A stretch of 64,000 bases of DNA, taken from assembly GCA_964473825.1 (NCBI GenBank), contig CAYYQL010000010.1:1-64000 (forward strand). The letters are read 5' to 3'. The DNA comes from an uncultured archaeon. Lineage in GTDB: Archaea > Asgardarchaeota > Thorarchaeia > Thorarchaeales > Thorarchaeaceae. The notes beneath the pieces were generated by a model that worked only from the letters and a program-made list of their open reading frames with translations, was not told the origin of the DNA and did not search any database. Below are positions 1 to 8,570 of this stretch, piece by piece. How positions within the stretch are numbered: position 1 is the stretch's first letter; each line of letters opens with the position of its first letter. The position numbers were made by a program, and so were the translations under genes.

Positions 1-1337
1 CAAGCTGCACCGACCTGCAGAGAATCTATCTCTGGGGGAACCGGTTGCAGGAGCTAGACCTCAGCCCCCTGGCTAGTTGCACCAGCTTGCAGGAACTCGA
101 TCTTCGTAAGAACCAGTTGCAGGAGCTGGACCTCAGCCCCCTCTCAAGCTGCACCGGCCTGCAGACACTCAATCTCTATGGGAACCAGTTGCAGGAGCTG
201 GATCTCAGCCCCCTGGCCAGCTGCACCAGCCTGCAGACACTCAATCTCAGTTATAACCAGTTGCGGGAGCTGGACCTCGGCCCGTTGAGCAGCTGCACCG
301 GCCTGCGGGAACTCTGGCTTATCGGGAACCAGTTGCAGGGTCTGGACTTCAGCCCCCTGGCCAGCTGCACCAGCCTGCAGACACTCAATCTCAGGTGGAA
401 CCGGTTGCAGGAGCTGGATCTCAGCCCCCTGGCCAGCTGCACCAGCCTGCAGACACTCAATCTCAGTTATAACCAGTTGCGGGAGCTGGACCTCGGCCCG
501 TTGAGCAGCTGCACCGGCCTGCGGGAACTCTGGCTTATCGGGAACCAGTTGCAGGGTCTGGACTTCAGCCCCCTGGCCAGCTGCACCAGCCTGCAGACAC
601 TCAATCTCAATTATAACCGGTTGCAGGAGCTGGACCTCGGCCCGTTGAGCAGCTGCACCGGCCTGCGGGAACTCTGGCTTATCGGGAACCAGTTGCAGGG
701 TCTGGACCTCAGCCCCCTCTCAAGCTGCGCCGGCCTGCAGACACTCAATCTCAATTATAACCAGTTGCGGGAGCTGGACCTGAGCCCCCTGAGCAGCTGC
801 ACCAGCCTGCAGGAACTCGATCTTCGTAAGAACCAGTTGCAGGAGCTGGACCTTAGTCCCCTGGCCAGCTGCACCAGCCTGCAGGAACTCGACCTTCGTA
901 AGAACCAGTTGCAGAAGCTGGATCTGAGCCCGTTGAGCAGCTGCACCAGCCTGCAGACACTCAATCTCAATTATAACCGGTTGCAGGAGCTGGATCTGAG
1001 CCCGTTGAGCAGCTGCACCAGCCTGCAGACACTCAATCTCTATGGGAACCAGTTGCAGGAGCTGGATCTGAGCCCGTTGAGCAGCTGCACCAGCCTGCAG
1101 GAACTCGACCTTCGTAAGAACCAGTTGCAGGAGCTGGACCTCAGCCCCCTCGCCAGCTGCACCGACCTACAGAAAATCTATCTCTGGGCGGACCAGTTGC
1201 AGGAGCTGGACCTTAGTCCCCTGGCCAGCTGCACCAGCCTGCAGACACTCAATCTCTTTGGGAACAGGGAATTGCAGGAGCTGGACCTCAACCCCCTCTT
1301 AGGCTGCACCAGCCTGCAGTACCTCCGTCTCTATGAT
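1..1337 (+). repeat. 72-bp tandem repeat array encoding the LRR units
   Basis: Period of 72 nt from position 45. Units 3-5 and 6-8 form a near-identical 216-bp higher-order repeat. Confidence 0.95.
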
Positions 1338-2309
1338 ATTTCTGGTGTTATGCTCCTTTCTCGCGAGGCCATAATGAGTCAGAACCCCTTGCTGGCGATA
1401 GGCCGAGAGATCAGATATGATCGTCCTCTACACATCGACGGTCTGAAACATCTCAGGTTTCTCTCCCATCTCGTTCATGAACTCGAACCAGACACATGGA
1501 AGGGCATTCATCTGAATCAGGGGCTTCTCACGGCGCTAGACCTGGACGAACTCCCCCTGCTGGACATCACTAACGAGGAGCGGGCCTCCATCCTGGGTGA
1601 AACAGACAGCGACTCGATGCGAGAGAGAATCATCGACGCTGTCTGTAGACAGATAGACGAGGGCGGAACCACTATCGGCATGGATGCACAACGAACAGTA
1701 TTGATCCATGGTAATGTCGCTGTGCGAATGAACAGGCTCCTCGAGTTACGAAAGCACGAGCTGCAGGATTTGAGATTGAGCCTGTGTGTTCACACCGGTG
1801 ATAGGATGATTGCGGATCAGTTACGAAAGCACGAGCTGCAAGATTTTAGATTGAGCCTCAAGGTTACAGACCCGAGGTTCTCACCTGAGTGGTTATACGG
1901 CGTGGGGCCAAAGATTCGGGAAAGGCTTGCAAGAAAGGGGTATTCGTCGGTTCATGACTTGGCAACGGCTGATCCCTCAACCCTTGCAAGAGAGGTGAGG
2001 GGGCTCGGCAAGAAATGCGCCGGGCAGGTGATAGAGCGCGCGAGAAGTCTTTGGGGAGTTGACCTCCGCCCCCTCTGGCTCACCGCCTATGGCCATCAGA
2101 TCCTCTCGACCACGGGTCTTGGACTCTCCTGTTCAGTGGAACAGTTCAAGCAGGTAAAGGAGGCCCTGGGAGAACTGGGGTTCGAGATTGAGACGACCGA
2201 TTCCTCCGAACCTGTGTATCCCCCCACGAAGATCTCGCAGCAGCTGAAGGAGTACATCTGGTTCATGGCGGACTACAACAGGAAGACAGCCGAGTCCTCA
2301 GGTCCATGA
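3..2309 (+). CDS. Leucine-rich repeat protein (5' truncated by the window edge) with an inserted helix-hairpin-helix module
   Basis: Frame is open from position 3 (SCTDLQRIYLWGNR...). At least 18 LRR units of 24 aa (LQELDLSPLxSCTxLxxLxLxxNx). HhH-like segment LYGVGPKIRERLARKGYSSVHDLATADPSTLAREVRGLGKK near the C-terminus. Confidence 0.9.
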   Translation, partial: SCTDLQRIYLWGNRLQELDLSPLASCTSLQELDLRKNQLQELDLSPLSSCTGLQTLNLYGNQLQELDLSPLASCTSLQTLNLSYNQLRELDLGPLSSCTGLRELWLIGNQLQGLDFSPLASCTSLQTLNLRWNRLQELDLSPLASCTSLQTLNLSYNQLRELDLGPLSSCTGLRELWLIGNQLQGLDFSPLASCTSLQTLNLNYNRLQELDLGPLSSCTGLRELWLIGNQLQGLDLSPLSSCAGLQTLNLNYNQLRELDLSPLSSCTSLQELDLRKNQLQELDLSPLASCTSLQELDLRKNQLQKLDLSPLSSCTSLQTLNLNYNRLQELDLSPLSSCTSLQTLNLYGNQLQELDLSPLSSCTSLQELDLRKNQLQELDLSPLASCTDLQKIYLWADQLQELDLSPLASCTSLQTLNLFGNRELQELDLNPLLGCTSLQYLRLYDISGVMLLSREAIMSQNPLLAIGREIRYDRPLHIDGLKHLRFLSHLVHELEPDTWKGIHLNQGLLTALDLDELPLLDITNEERASILGETDSDSMRERIIDAVCRQIDEGGTTIGMDAQRTVLIHGNVAVRMNRLLELRKHELQDLRLSLCVHTGDRMIADQLRKHELQDFRLSLKVTDPRFSPEWLYGVGPKIRERLARKGYSSVHDLATADPSTLAREVRGLGKKCAGQVIERARSLWGVDLRPLWLTAYGHQILSTTGLGLSCSVEQFKQVKEALGELGFEIETTDSSEPVYPPTKISQQLKEYIWFMADYNRKTAESSGP
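1744..1858 (+). repeat. 40-bp direct repeat (1744-1783 / 1819-1858, 38/40 identical)
   Basis: agttacgaaagcacgagctgca(g/a)gattt(g/t)agattgagcct occurs twice, immediately before the HhH insert. Confidence 0.9.
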
Positions 2310-2327
2310 GTACTGGCCTCTCTGAGC

Positions 2328-2442
2328 TCACAGCGAAGCATCTATAAGACAAATCCCCGCAGACTCGGAACGGGGCCGTAGTCTAGCATGGTCTCTGGAG
2401 GTCTCCCCTTCAGGGCTGTACATAAGGCACCAGCCTGCGGTA
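2328..2442 (+). repeat. Left copy of a 115-bp direct repeat (tRNA promoter + 5' half of tRNA-Arg); att-like
   Basis: 110/115 identical to 8058-8172. All mismatches lie in the leader (2) or intron 1 (3). Confidence 0.92.
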
Positions 2443-2482
2443 GACTCTAAATGTCTGCAGAGAGTTGGTAATCGCCCGAATC
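2372..2482 (+). pseudogene. tRNA-Arg(GCG) pseudogene with two BHB introns; T-arm and 3' acceptor strand are decayed
   Basis: 5' exon identical to 8102ff. Intron 1 at 2392-2421. A different intron 2 at 2441-2462 still forms a perfect BHB. GTTGG closes the anticodon stem, followed by GCCCG-AATC with no TTCG and no 3' acceptor strand. Confidence 0.8.
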
Positions 2483-2527
2483 AGCCATCCTAATACCGAG
2501 AAGACTGGTGAACCGATATGAACGAAT

Positions 2528-3355
2528 CTAGAGTTGAGCCTGATCCTGAAGACTACGGTAGACACGTACAATGTAGTCGCGGATTGATGCTATCCGCGAA
2601 TTAATTAGATCATAGTCCTCGTTACTATAGACCCAATCAGTGCTTTCTCTGACCTGAAGTCTGAGTCCATCAGACAGCTTTCTCTGCAGTCGGTAGTAGA
2701 TGTCATGTATAGTTCTGTAGGACGGGCCAAGCAACTTCCTTAGGAATTCCCTTTTCGTCTGAGGGTGAATTTCGTCCAGCAGGATGAGTTTCTCGATGTA
2801 ATAGTACGTTCCCAAGATGCTCATCAGGTCTATACATATCCCGCTGAAATGCGTGTGAGAATCCAGATTTGAAACACATCGGTTGAACTTATCAATCAAC
2901 TGTCCGGAAATTCTGATTACCCTACTGTAGTCAGGAGGAACGCACATCTCTCGGAAATCTCCACAGATGGCTTTTCCCATTCTGAGGCGAGTCCACATAG
3001 TGAAGTATTCTTGGTCTTTCAGATTCTCTTTCATACTCGAATCGCTTAGAAAAGAAATATCAATGAGGGTGCGTTCGCCTCTTCTATGAGTCGGTCTAAG
3101 CTTCTGGACCAGTTTCTCCGTGCGATCTCTTCTCTGGTCTTCTACGACAAAAACGAGGTCGATGTCACTGTGTAAATCGTTCTCTTGAACTGCCCACGAT
3201 CCTGTCAGGATTATGGCCTCAGTAAGCAGACATGCCTTATCTAGAAGCACTCTAAGCTTGCCAGTTACATCCTCGGGCAGTCTTCCAGAATTCAGAATGC
3301 CATCAATGTATTTCCGGGTTCTCAATGCTTTTTCTCCCTGCTCTGCTAGCTTCAA
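2528..3355 (-). CDS. Pol-beta-type nucleotidyltransferase (MNT-like) with a helical C-terminal domain
   Basis: IILTGSWA...SDIDLVFVV (hGS...DxD) motif, with a later DI acidic residue. Confidence 0.75.
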   Translation of the reverse strand: MKLAEQGEKALRTRKYIDGILNSGRLPEDVTGKLRVLLDKACLLTEAIILTGSWAVQENDLHSDIDLVFVVEDQRRDRTEKLVQKLRPTHRRGERTLIDISFLSDSSMKENLKDQEYFTMWTRLRMGKAICGDFREMCVPPDYSRVIRISGQLIDKFNRCVSNLDSHTHFSGICIDLMSILGTYYYIEKLILLDEIHPQTKREFLRKLLGPSYRTIHDIYYRLQRKLSDGLRLQVRESTDWVYSNEDYDLINSRIASIRDYIVRVYRSLQDQAQL

Positions 3356-3455
3356 TCTTGGCTTCAGATGTTTACGGGAAATAGGTTTTCTCCCGATTGC
3401 TACAAAGATTAAATAGGAAGAAAGAAGAGTAAATATCTAAGGAATTGTTAGGACT

Positions 3456-5306
3456 ATGGATTGCAGAATATGCGCAATCCGGGGAGTGCTTTCGGTCCTG
3501 AACAGGGGAAAGATTCTCGGGAATGTGTCTAGCACTAATAACAAGAGGCGACTCTGGACAGTTTCTTTCAGCTTGCTGATTCTGGTCGGAATCGTGACGT
3601 CTAATGTGGATTCGGGTTCCATAGACAGCAGGCTTATTGGCCAAGCCCGTAGCATTGGCATCGAGGTGGATTCAGAAGAATTCCGTGCAGTTCACAAAGC
3701 TTGGAAAATCGTGGAGCCGGGCGGAAACACTGTTCTGGTATCAGTAGGCAGGATAGACACTAGATGGGTTGTCGAATTTGAGAAGAATATGAAATATCGA
3801 ATTCAAATCGAGCTTCGGAGCGGAAGCCACGAGATGATATTTCTCAGTGATGAATCTAAGCGGCCAAGAGGAGATGAGTCTTGGGATGTAACAGCTGAAC
3901 AAGCGATTATGATAACGCAGAGATTCCTTGAAAAGCTAGCTCTCAACGGCTATTCTGATGTTTCCGATAGAGTACTCGGTAGTGTACGGAATGAACGAAA
4001 CTGCTGGCGGATTGGATTTTTGCATCGCATCGGGGAACACAACGTCAAGAATGACTTCATTTCTGTCCGTGTGAATCCAGTGACTGGGGCGATCTGTTCC
4101 TTTGCCGCCAGTTGGGGACGGCCAGACATGACGCACCATACGATATTGGATGAAAGAGAAATGCTTGCAGTATTTGATTCTATTTTCGAAACGAACCATG
4201 ATTTTGAACCCACGTTAGAGATAGGTCTTGTGTCCGCTGATTTTGGTGGTGAGGGAAGACTTCTCCGCAATGCATGGGTTGTTGCCGCGATAGCAGGCGG
4301 AGTATGTGTGGAGTATTGGTTCGATGCAGCGAATGGAGCCTTGATTGGCTCTAACCAGACACTCGGAGGCAGCTTTGGTTCAGCCTATTGTGGAGGCACA
4401 GCGATAGGATATGGATCGCCTGACATCTCGTGGCAGATAGCAAATGAGGTACATGATAGACTCAGAACAGACAACTATGATTCGGAGCTTGATTACTATG
4501 TAACCCCGACGGATCTTGATTTTGCCTTCAATTATGATGAGGTCGTCCTTTTTGTAGGGCACTGCGATCACTCAGGATACCCGCTGCTAAGCCAATACCT
4601 TGTCACGAGCTATGGTTTCTACGGGTCCGAACACCTGCCGATGTATATCAATTCTAAACTGTTCTTTGCTTGTGCCTGCGGCAGTGCACTTAGCGAGTCT
4701 TGGTTTGGAAATTCGCTTCCGGAACGTGCATTGCTAGCAGGTCTTGACTGCTATTGTGGCTGGGTAATTGATATCAATGTGGAACTCGCAAAGGAGTTTG
4801 TGAAGTTCTTCTTCGACAAGGCTGTATTGGGCGAAACCTTCTATGACTGCAAGGATTATGCAGTCGCGAAGACCTCTGTTATCCCCTCGGATTTCTCAGT
4901 CCTTGGTGATGGGAATGCTCATCTTGAAGTGTGGGATATTACACCAAGCTTCTGCTATGATAGCCAGAAGTACGACCACGATGTCGGACAGTCTGGTTGG
5001 GCTTGGTATATCAATGATGAACCGCTCTGGTGTGGGGATATTGATGCTCTGAAACATAATGAAGACATAAGTCACAACATTGAGCTCATGGTTACGCCCA
5101 GTGATGAGATGTATGTGAATGTGAAAGTCTACTACTGGTTTTCCGACTACAAGTGGCTCTTGTACGCGGAAAGAACCAGCACGAGCCCAAGGGATTCCAT
5201 CAGTATGACGTGGGGTTCGGGCCCAAAAGAGTATCTAATAGTCATCAGCAGCACCTCAAGCCCGCATGGAGGATACTACGACTTGGACTTCTGGTGCCAA
5301 TCCTAG
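3456..5306 (+). CDS. Secreted or membrane-anchored protein: PepSY/YcdB-like repeats plus a caspase/gingipain-fold peptidase-like domain
   Basis: N-terminal hydrophobic segment; VRVNPVTGAI and YWFDAANGAL PepSY-type motifs; VVLFVGH and FFACACGS His/Cys dyad. Confidence 0.6.
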   Translation: MDCRICAIRGVLSVLNRGKILGNVSSTNNKRRLWTVSFSLLILVGIVTSNVDSGSIDSRLIGQARSIGIEVDSEEFRAVHKAWKIVEPGGNTVLVSVGRIDTRWVVEFEKNMKYRIQIELRSGSHEMIFLSDESKRPRGDESWDVTAEQAIMITQRFLEKLALNGYSDVSDRVLGSVRNERNCWRIGFLHRIGEHNVKNDFISVRVNPVTGAICSFAASWGRPDMTHHTILDEREMLAVFDSIFETNHDFEPTLEIGLVSADFGGEGRLLRNAWVVAAIAGGVCVEYWFDAANGALIGSNQTLGGSFGSAYCGGTAIGYGSPDISWQIANEVHDRLRTDNYDSELDYYVTPTDLDFAFNYDEVVLFVGHCDHSGYPLLSQYLVTSYGFYGSEHLPMYINSKLFFACACGSALSESWFGNSLPERALLAGLDCYCGWVIDINVELAKEFVKFFFDKAVLGETFYDCKDYAVAKTSVIPSDFSVLGDGNAHLEVWDITPSFCYDSQKYDHDVGQSGWAWYINDEPLWCGDIDALKHNEDISHNIELMVTPSDEMYVNVKVYYWFSDYKWLLYAERTSTSPRDSISMTWGSGPKEYLIVISSTSSPHGGYYDLDFWCQS

Positions 5307-5406
5307 AATGAGGTCTAGTCGGAAGAATAAGAGAAGAAGGAGTACTGCGGCGAGAAACGTACACAGAGCGAAAGACTGCCAGTCATGTGAAGTCTAGGCT
5401 GCCAAG

Positions 5407-6585
5407 TCAGTCTTGCGCAACGTCCCTTCTCGGTAAGAGCTGATACCGAGCAATCCGCCGGCCAACAAGAGCGAGAAGGAGGGCTACGCCAAACAGATAG
5501 GCGATTCTGGCATATGGAGAATACAGCAGGATATCTTGGCTCCCACCCAAGAGTGGAACGGCCTCGAGGATGACACCTGTATTGGCATCGACCACGTATC
5601 TTGTCCCCCACGTTGTGACAAGCGTCAACTCGTATGCCAGTGTCATCTCGAAAGCGGTTTCGCTGGGATTGACTGCCCTTGTCCTCAGCTCGAGTATCGA
5701 ATCGACGATGTTTCCCATGGAAGGGTCTGGAAGGCTCTCCAAGACTCTATTCCGTGCCGCTTCATCACTGATTATGCCCTGAAGTGAAACCGATCGAATG
5801 TCAATCCATCTGTAGGTGAATGATCTTACTAGCCCCGTGTCTGATTGAACTTCGACGCAGATATATCCCCATGGAATGTGTACCCCCTGAACGAACTGAC
5901 GAAAGCTAATATAATGAGTAGACGAGTAACTCTTGCTTTCCCATGGCACATTCCATGGAATCTCAGAGTAGAAGGCATCGGGCGGAAGAGTGTAGTTCTG
6001 CAGGAGAAGAAAATCCTTGGCAATCATCTCTGCTTCACTCTTGTTCAACGGAGAATCTCGATGGAACCCTGCAGACTCCAATGCTGAACTGCCAGTACTA
6101 AGGTAAGCATCAACAACAGTCCCAGTAACGGCATTGACAAAGATAGTTGCACGAAACGAATCCGAAACCAGTGTTAGTCCCCAGCGGGGCCAGAAGTAGT
6201 CTAGGATGATTTGTGGTGCGCCCGGCCACAAGTATTCATGAGGAAGTGCCACTCGAAGTCCCGTTGTGAGATTCTCTGGCAAATACCGCGATACGAACTT
6301 CATCGATGTATTCACAGCCTCTCCCTCCGAGACCTGAATATCCTTCGAGTAGTTCCCGATTATCTTGAACACCGGGCTTTCCTCTGTCTGATACGTTGCT
6401 GGATACACAGCCGGATCTCTCTCCTCCAGCACCAGTGATGCGAAAACAGTCTGATTCACCGGCGTATAGACCTCCCCTCGAAAGGCAAACCCCTCCATGT
6501 CTACTTGGGCGTAGGCTATTGAAACCGCTGAAGGGAGGAGCAATGCTGCGATAACAAGCGACACTCCATATACGTTCCGTTTCAT
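5407..6585 (-). CDS. Exported protein with PepSY/YcdB-like repeats and a C-terminal TM anchor
   Basis: Signal peptide; IFVNAVTGTV, VEVQSDTGLV and YVVDANTGVI repeats; C-terminal TM followed by RRIAR. Confidence 0.7.
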   Translation of the reverse strand: MKRNVYGVSLVIAALLLPSAVSIAYAQVDMEGFAFRGEVYTPVNQTVFASLVLEERDPAVYPATYQTEESPVFKIIGNYSKDIQVSEGEAVNTSMKFVSRYLPENLTTGLRVALPHEYLWPGAPQIILDYFWPRWGLTLVSDSFRATIFVNAVTGTVVDAYLSTGSSALESAGFHRDSPLNKSEAEMIAKDFLLLQNYTLPPDAFYSEIPWNVPWESKSYSSTHYISFRQFVQGVHIPWGYICVEVQSDTGLVRSFTYRWIDIRSVSLQGIISDEAARNRVLESLPDPSMGNIVDSILELRTRAVNPSETAFEMTLAYELTLVTTWGTRYVVDANTGVILEAVPLLGGSQDILLYSPYARIAYLFGVALLLALVGRRIARYQLLPRRDVAQD

Positions 6586-6655
6586 CTCTAAGACCCATCA
6601 GTTACATGCTCAATGACTACTATAATCCTATGTTTAGTAGGGTCGTGTACTAAAA

Positions 6656-7108
6656 CTAGAAGGGTTGGTGTTTCCACGTTCTGATGGTTTCAAACCAAGA
6701 AGAGATGGCTCCGAAGGCCAACACAGCGTAGCAGATGATGAGGATGGGACTGGGGTAGATGGGAAAGAGAATCGGCATCAGCAGCAGACAGGATGTGTAG
6801 AAGAGCGCGTAGAAAAGGTATCGTGGGAAGATGAGATGGCCAACACTGGCAAAGAACTTCAGGAGGCCAGCACTCACCTCCCGCGATATATGATGCATTC
6901 CATCCCTATCAGTTCGCACGAGACCGATGTCCTTGAGCTTGTCGATGTGATAGATCGCGAGGCTGGGACTTGAAAATCCAAGTGCTCGTTGCACCTCGCG
7001 ACCACTACAAGGGCCCGGATGACTCAGAAGCCACCAATACACACTCAGAGTCTTTCCCCGCAGGGCAGACTCGATCTCTTCCTGAAACACTAATTCCTCT
7101 TCATCCAA
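6656..7108 (-). CDS. Membrane-tethered winged-helix transcription regulator (wHTH + 2 TM)
   Basis: REVQRALGFSSPSLAIYHIDKLKDIGLV ArsR-like wHTH followed by two hydrophobic helices. Confidence 0.8.
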   Translation of the reverse strand: MDEEELVFQEEIESALRGKTLSVYWWLLSHPGPCSGREVQRALGFSSPSLAIYHIDKLKDIGLVRTDRDGMHHISREVSAGLLKFFASVGHLIFPRYLFYALFYTSCLLLMPILFPIYPSPILIICYAVLAFGAISSWFETIRTWKHQPF

Positions 7109-7347
7109 TCAGACCAACCACCACTCGATTCTGTAACGACCACTGTGTATTGGGGTGGTCATCCCCGAAATCCCGGTTCACGCACCTTTCGATCATGAAT
7201 TACATGCATACGCCATTGCGGTCAACGGTCATGATGCACCTCTGACTAGTTAGAATGAAGACGTTCAGGCCTAAAAAGACCCCCGTTCATTCTCATTTGG
7301 ATGCTTTATAACACTCCATCCGCTACCATAGGGTGGTGACCACCCCC

Positions 7348-7560
7348 ATGACGCTACTCAACTCGGAGACCGAACGGCGCGCCTGCGAGGTCGCCGAGAA
7401 GTTCGCCCGCTACCTCAACAGCCACTCTGGCAGGAACGTTCTCCAGAACCTGGACGAGGGTGAGAGCTTCATCCTCCAGACCGTCGAGGCCACCATGCGC
7501 GTGACCAAGGTGGGTGGGCGGCCGAGGTCGTTCTCCTCCACTAGACTGCGACCGTTCTGA
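7348..7560 (+). CDS. Small hypothetical protein
   Basis: GC3-rich codons; upstream TATA-like ctttataa. The 3' end may be frameshifted. Confidence 0.45.
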   Translation: MTLLNSETERRACEVAEKFARYLNSHSGRNVLQNLDEGESFILQTVEATMRVTKVGGRPRSFSSTRLRPF

Positions 7561-7595
7561 ATCACGCAGTCTTACCGGTACCCCGAGGGGTTTCC

Positions 7596-7979
7596 CTACT
7601 CCTCCATATTCTCCTCGATGCGCGCCCTGATTAGCTTCTCAAGGAGCGAGCGCTGGAGTGGTCGGGCCGGAGTGAAGTGTATCGTGGCATCCGTAGTGCC
7701 ATACGCAACCAGGTCGGCCCTGTGTTCCTCCAGGACGGACGGACTCATGACGTGGAAACTCAGGTGGTTCTTGGCTGCCGAGAACGCCACCAGCGGTTTC
7801 CCTCTGTACTTGATGGTCGGAATCCTGTAATTGATGGTTTCGACAGCATCCGGCACGATAGATCTGATGTTCTGACGAAGATTCCTCAGCACAATCTGCG
7901 ATTCCTCCGAGAGCGTGGCTAGATACTCGTCCACGTTCGTCGGACCGGGGATACCTTTGGGTGAAGCTTCATCGTTCAT
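7596..7979 (-). CDS. DUF1801/YdhG-like protein
   Basis: VDEYL...LRQNIRSIVPDAVETINYRIP...AFSAAKNHLSFH family pattern. Confidence 0.8.
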   Translation of the reverse strand: MNDEASPKGIPGPTNVDEYLATLSEESQIVLRNLRQNIRSIVPDAVETINYRIPTIKYRGKPLVAFSAAKNHLSFHVMSPSVLEEHRADLVAYGTTDATIHFTPARPLQRSLLEKLIRARIEENMEE

Positions 7980-8062
7980 GGCATTGAGATATACACCGGT
8001 CGGAGTTAACTATTGTGATTCAGGCCAACAGAAGCGAGGAATGTAAGACAGCGGGGGTCACA

Positions 8063-8080
8063 GCGAAGCATCTATAAGAC
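8063..8080 (+). promoter_or_regulatory. Archaeal BRE/TATA promoter of tRNA-Arg (duplicated at 2333-2350)
   Basis: gcgaagca-tctataag about 30 nt upstream of the mature 5' end. Confidence 0.6.
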
Positions 8081-8101
8081 AAATCCCCGCAGAATCGAAA
8101 C

Positions 8102-8228
8102 GGGGCCGTAGTCTAGCATGGTCTCTGGAGGTCTTCCCCCCAGGGCTGTACATAAGGCACCAGCCTGCGGTAAGCTTTCGCTTGTAGTTAGCTGGGGTTC
8201 CCCCGTTCGAATCGGGGCGGTCCCGCCA
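8102..8228 (+). tRNA. tRNA-Arg(GCG) with two introns (8122-8151 in the D-loop at 19/20; 8171-8189 canonical 37/38) and encoded CCA
   Basis: Acceptor GGGGCCG/CGGTCCC; D-stem GTCT/AGGC; anticodon stem CCAGC/GCTGG with GCG at 8167-8169; T-arm CCCCG-TTCGAAT-CGGGG; discriminator G, then CCA. Strict BHB at intron 2, relaxed BHB at intron 1. Splicing restores A20, the Arg identity base. Confidence 0.92.
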
Positions 8229-8570
8229 TCTGTTTTCTCAGTGTATCCTGATGACCGTGTTCATTGCTACTGATGCTCTCGATAGATGACAAGTCGCGGC
8301 CCGGGGCGTGATTCATTGTAGACATCTGTCCAATTGCCATACTGAAGGGGAACTCATAACCGCCGTTCCTACCACTTCGGCACCTATTGGCGCTCAATAG
8401 TAATAACAGGGACTCTTTCGCGGTTAAGACTTGGAGAGGGCTTAGCATAACCGATTTTGGTGTCCGACCTACATCTTATCTCTTCTCTCGCGAATGCTGT
8501 TGTGAATGAGAAACGGGGCAGGCGGGCACCTCGGCTCCTGTCTTCCCCGGTACAGGAGGTATAGGTATAC

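Larger units (their letters stand above)
2328..8172. mobile_element. Putative integrated island on the 5' side of tRNA-Arg (about 5.7 kb, no integrase recognised)
   Basis: Bounded by the 115-bp direct repeats; accessory gene content. Confidence 0.6.

Noticed and set aside
1-1337. CRISPR array or DGR variable region
   Set aside because: The repeats are in-frame coding LRR units without unique spacers. Variation is not adenine-specific, and no RT or cas gene is present.
2372-2530. Split/trans-spliced tRNA or a third intron in the T-loop
   Set aside because: Intron 2 closes in cis, and no downstream T-stem or acceptor complement or trans-pairing leader is visible.
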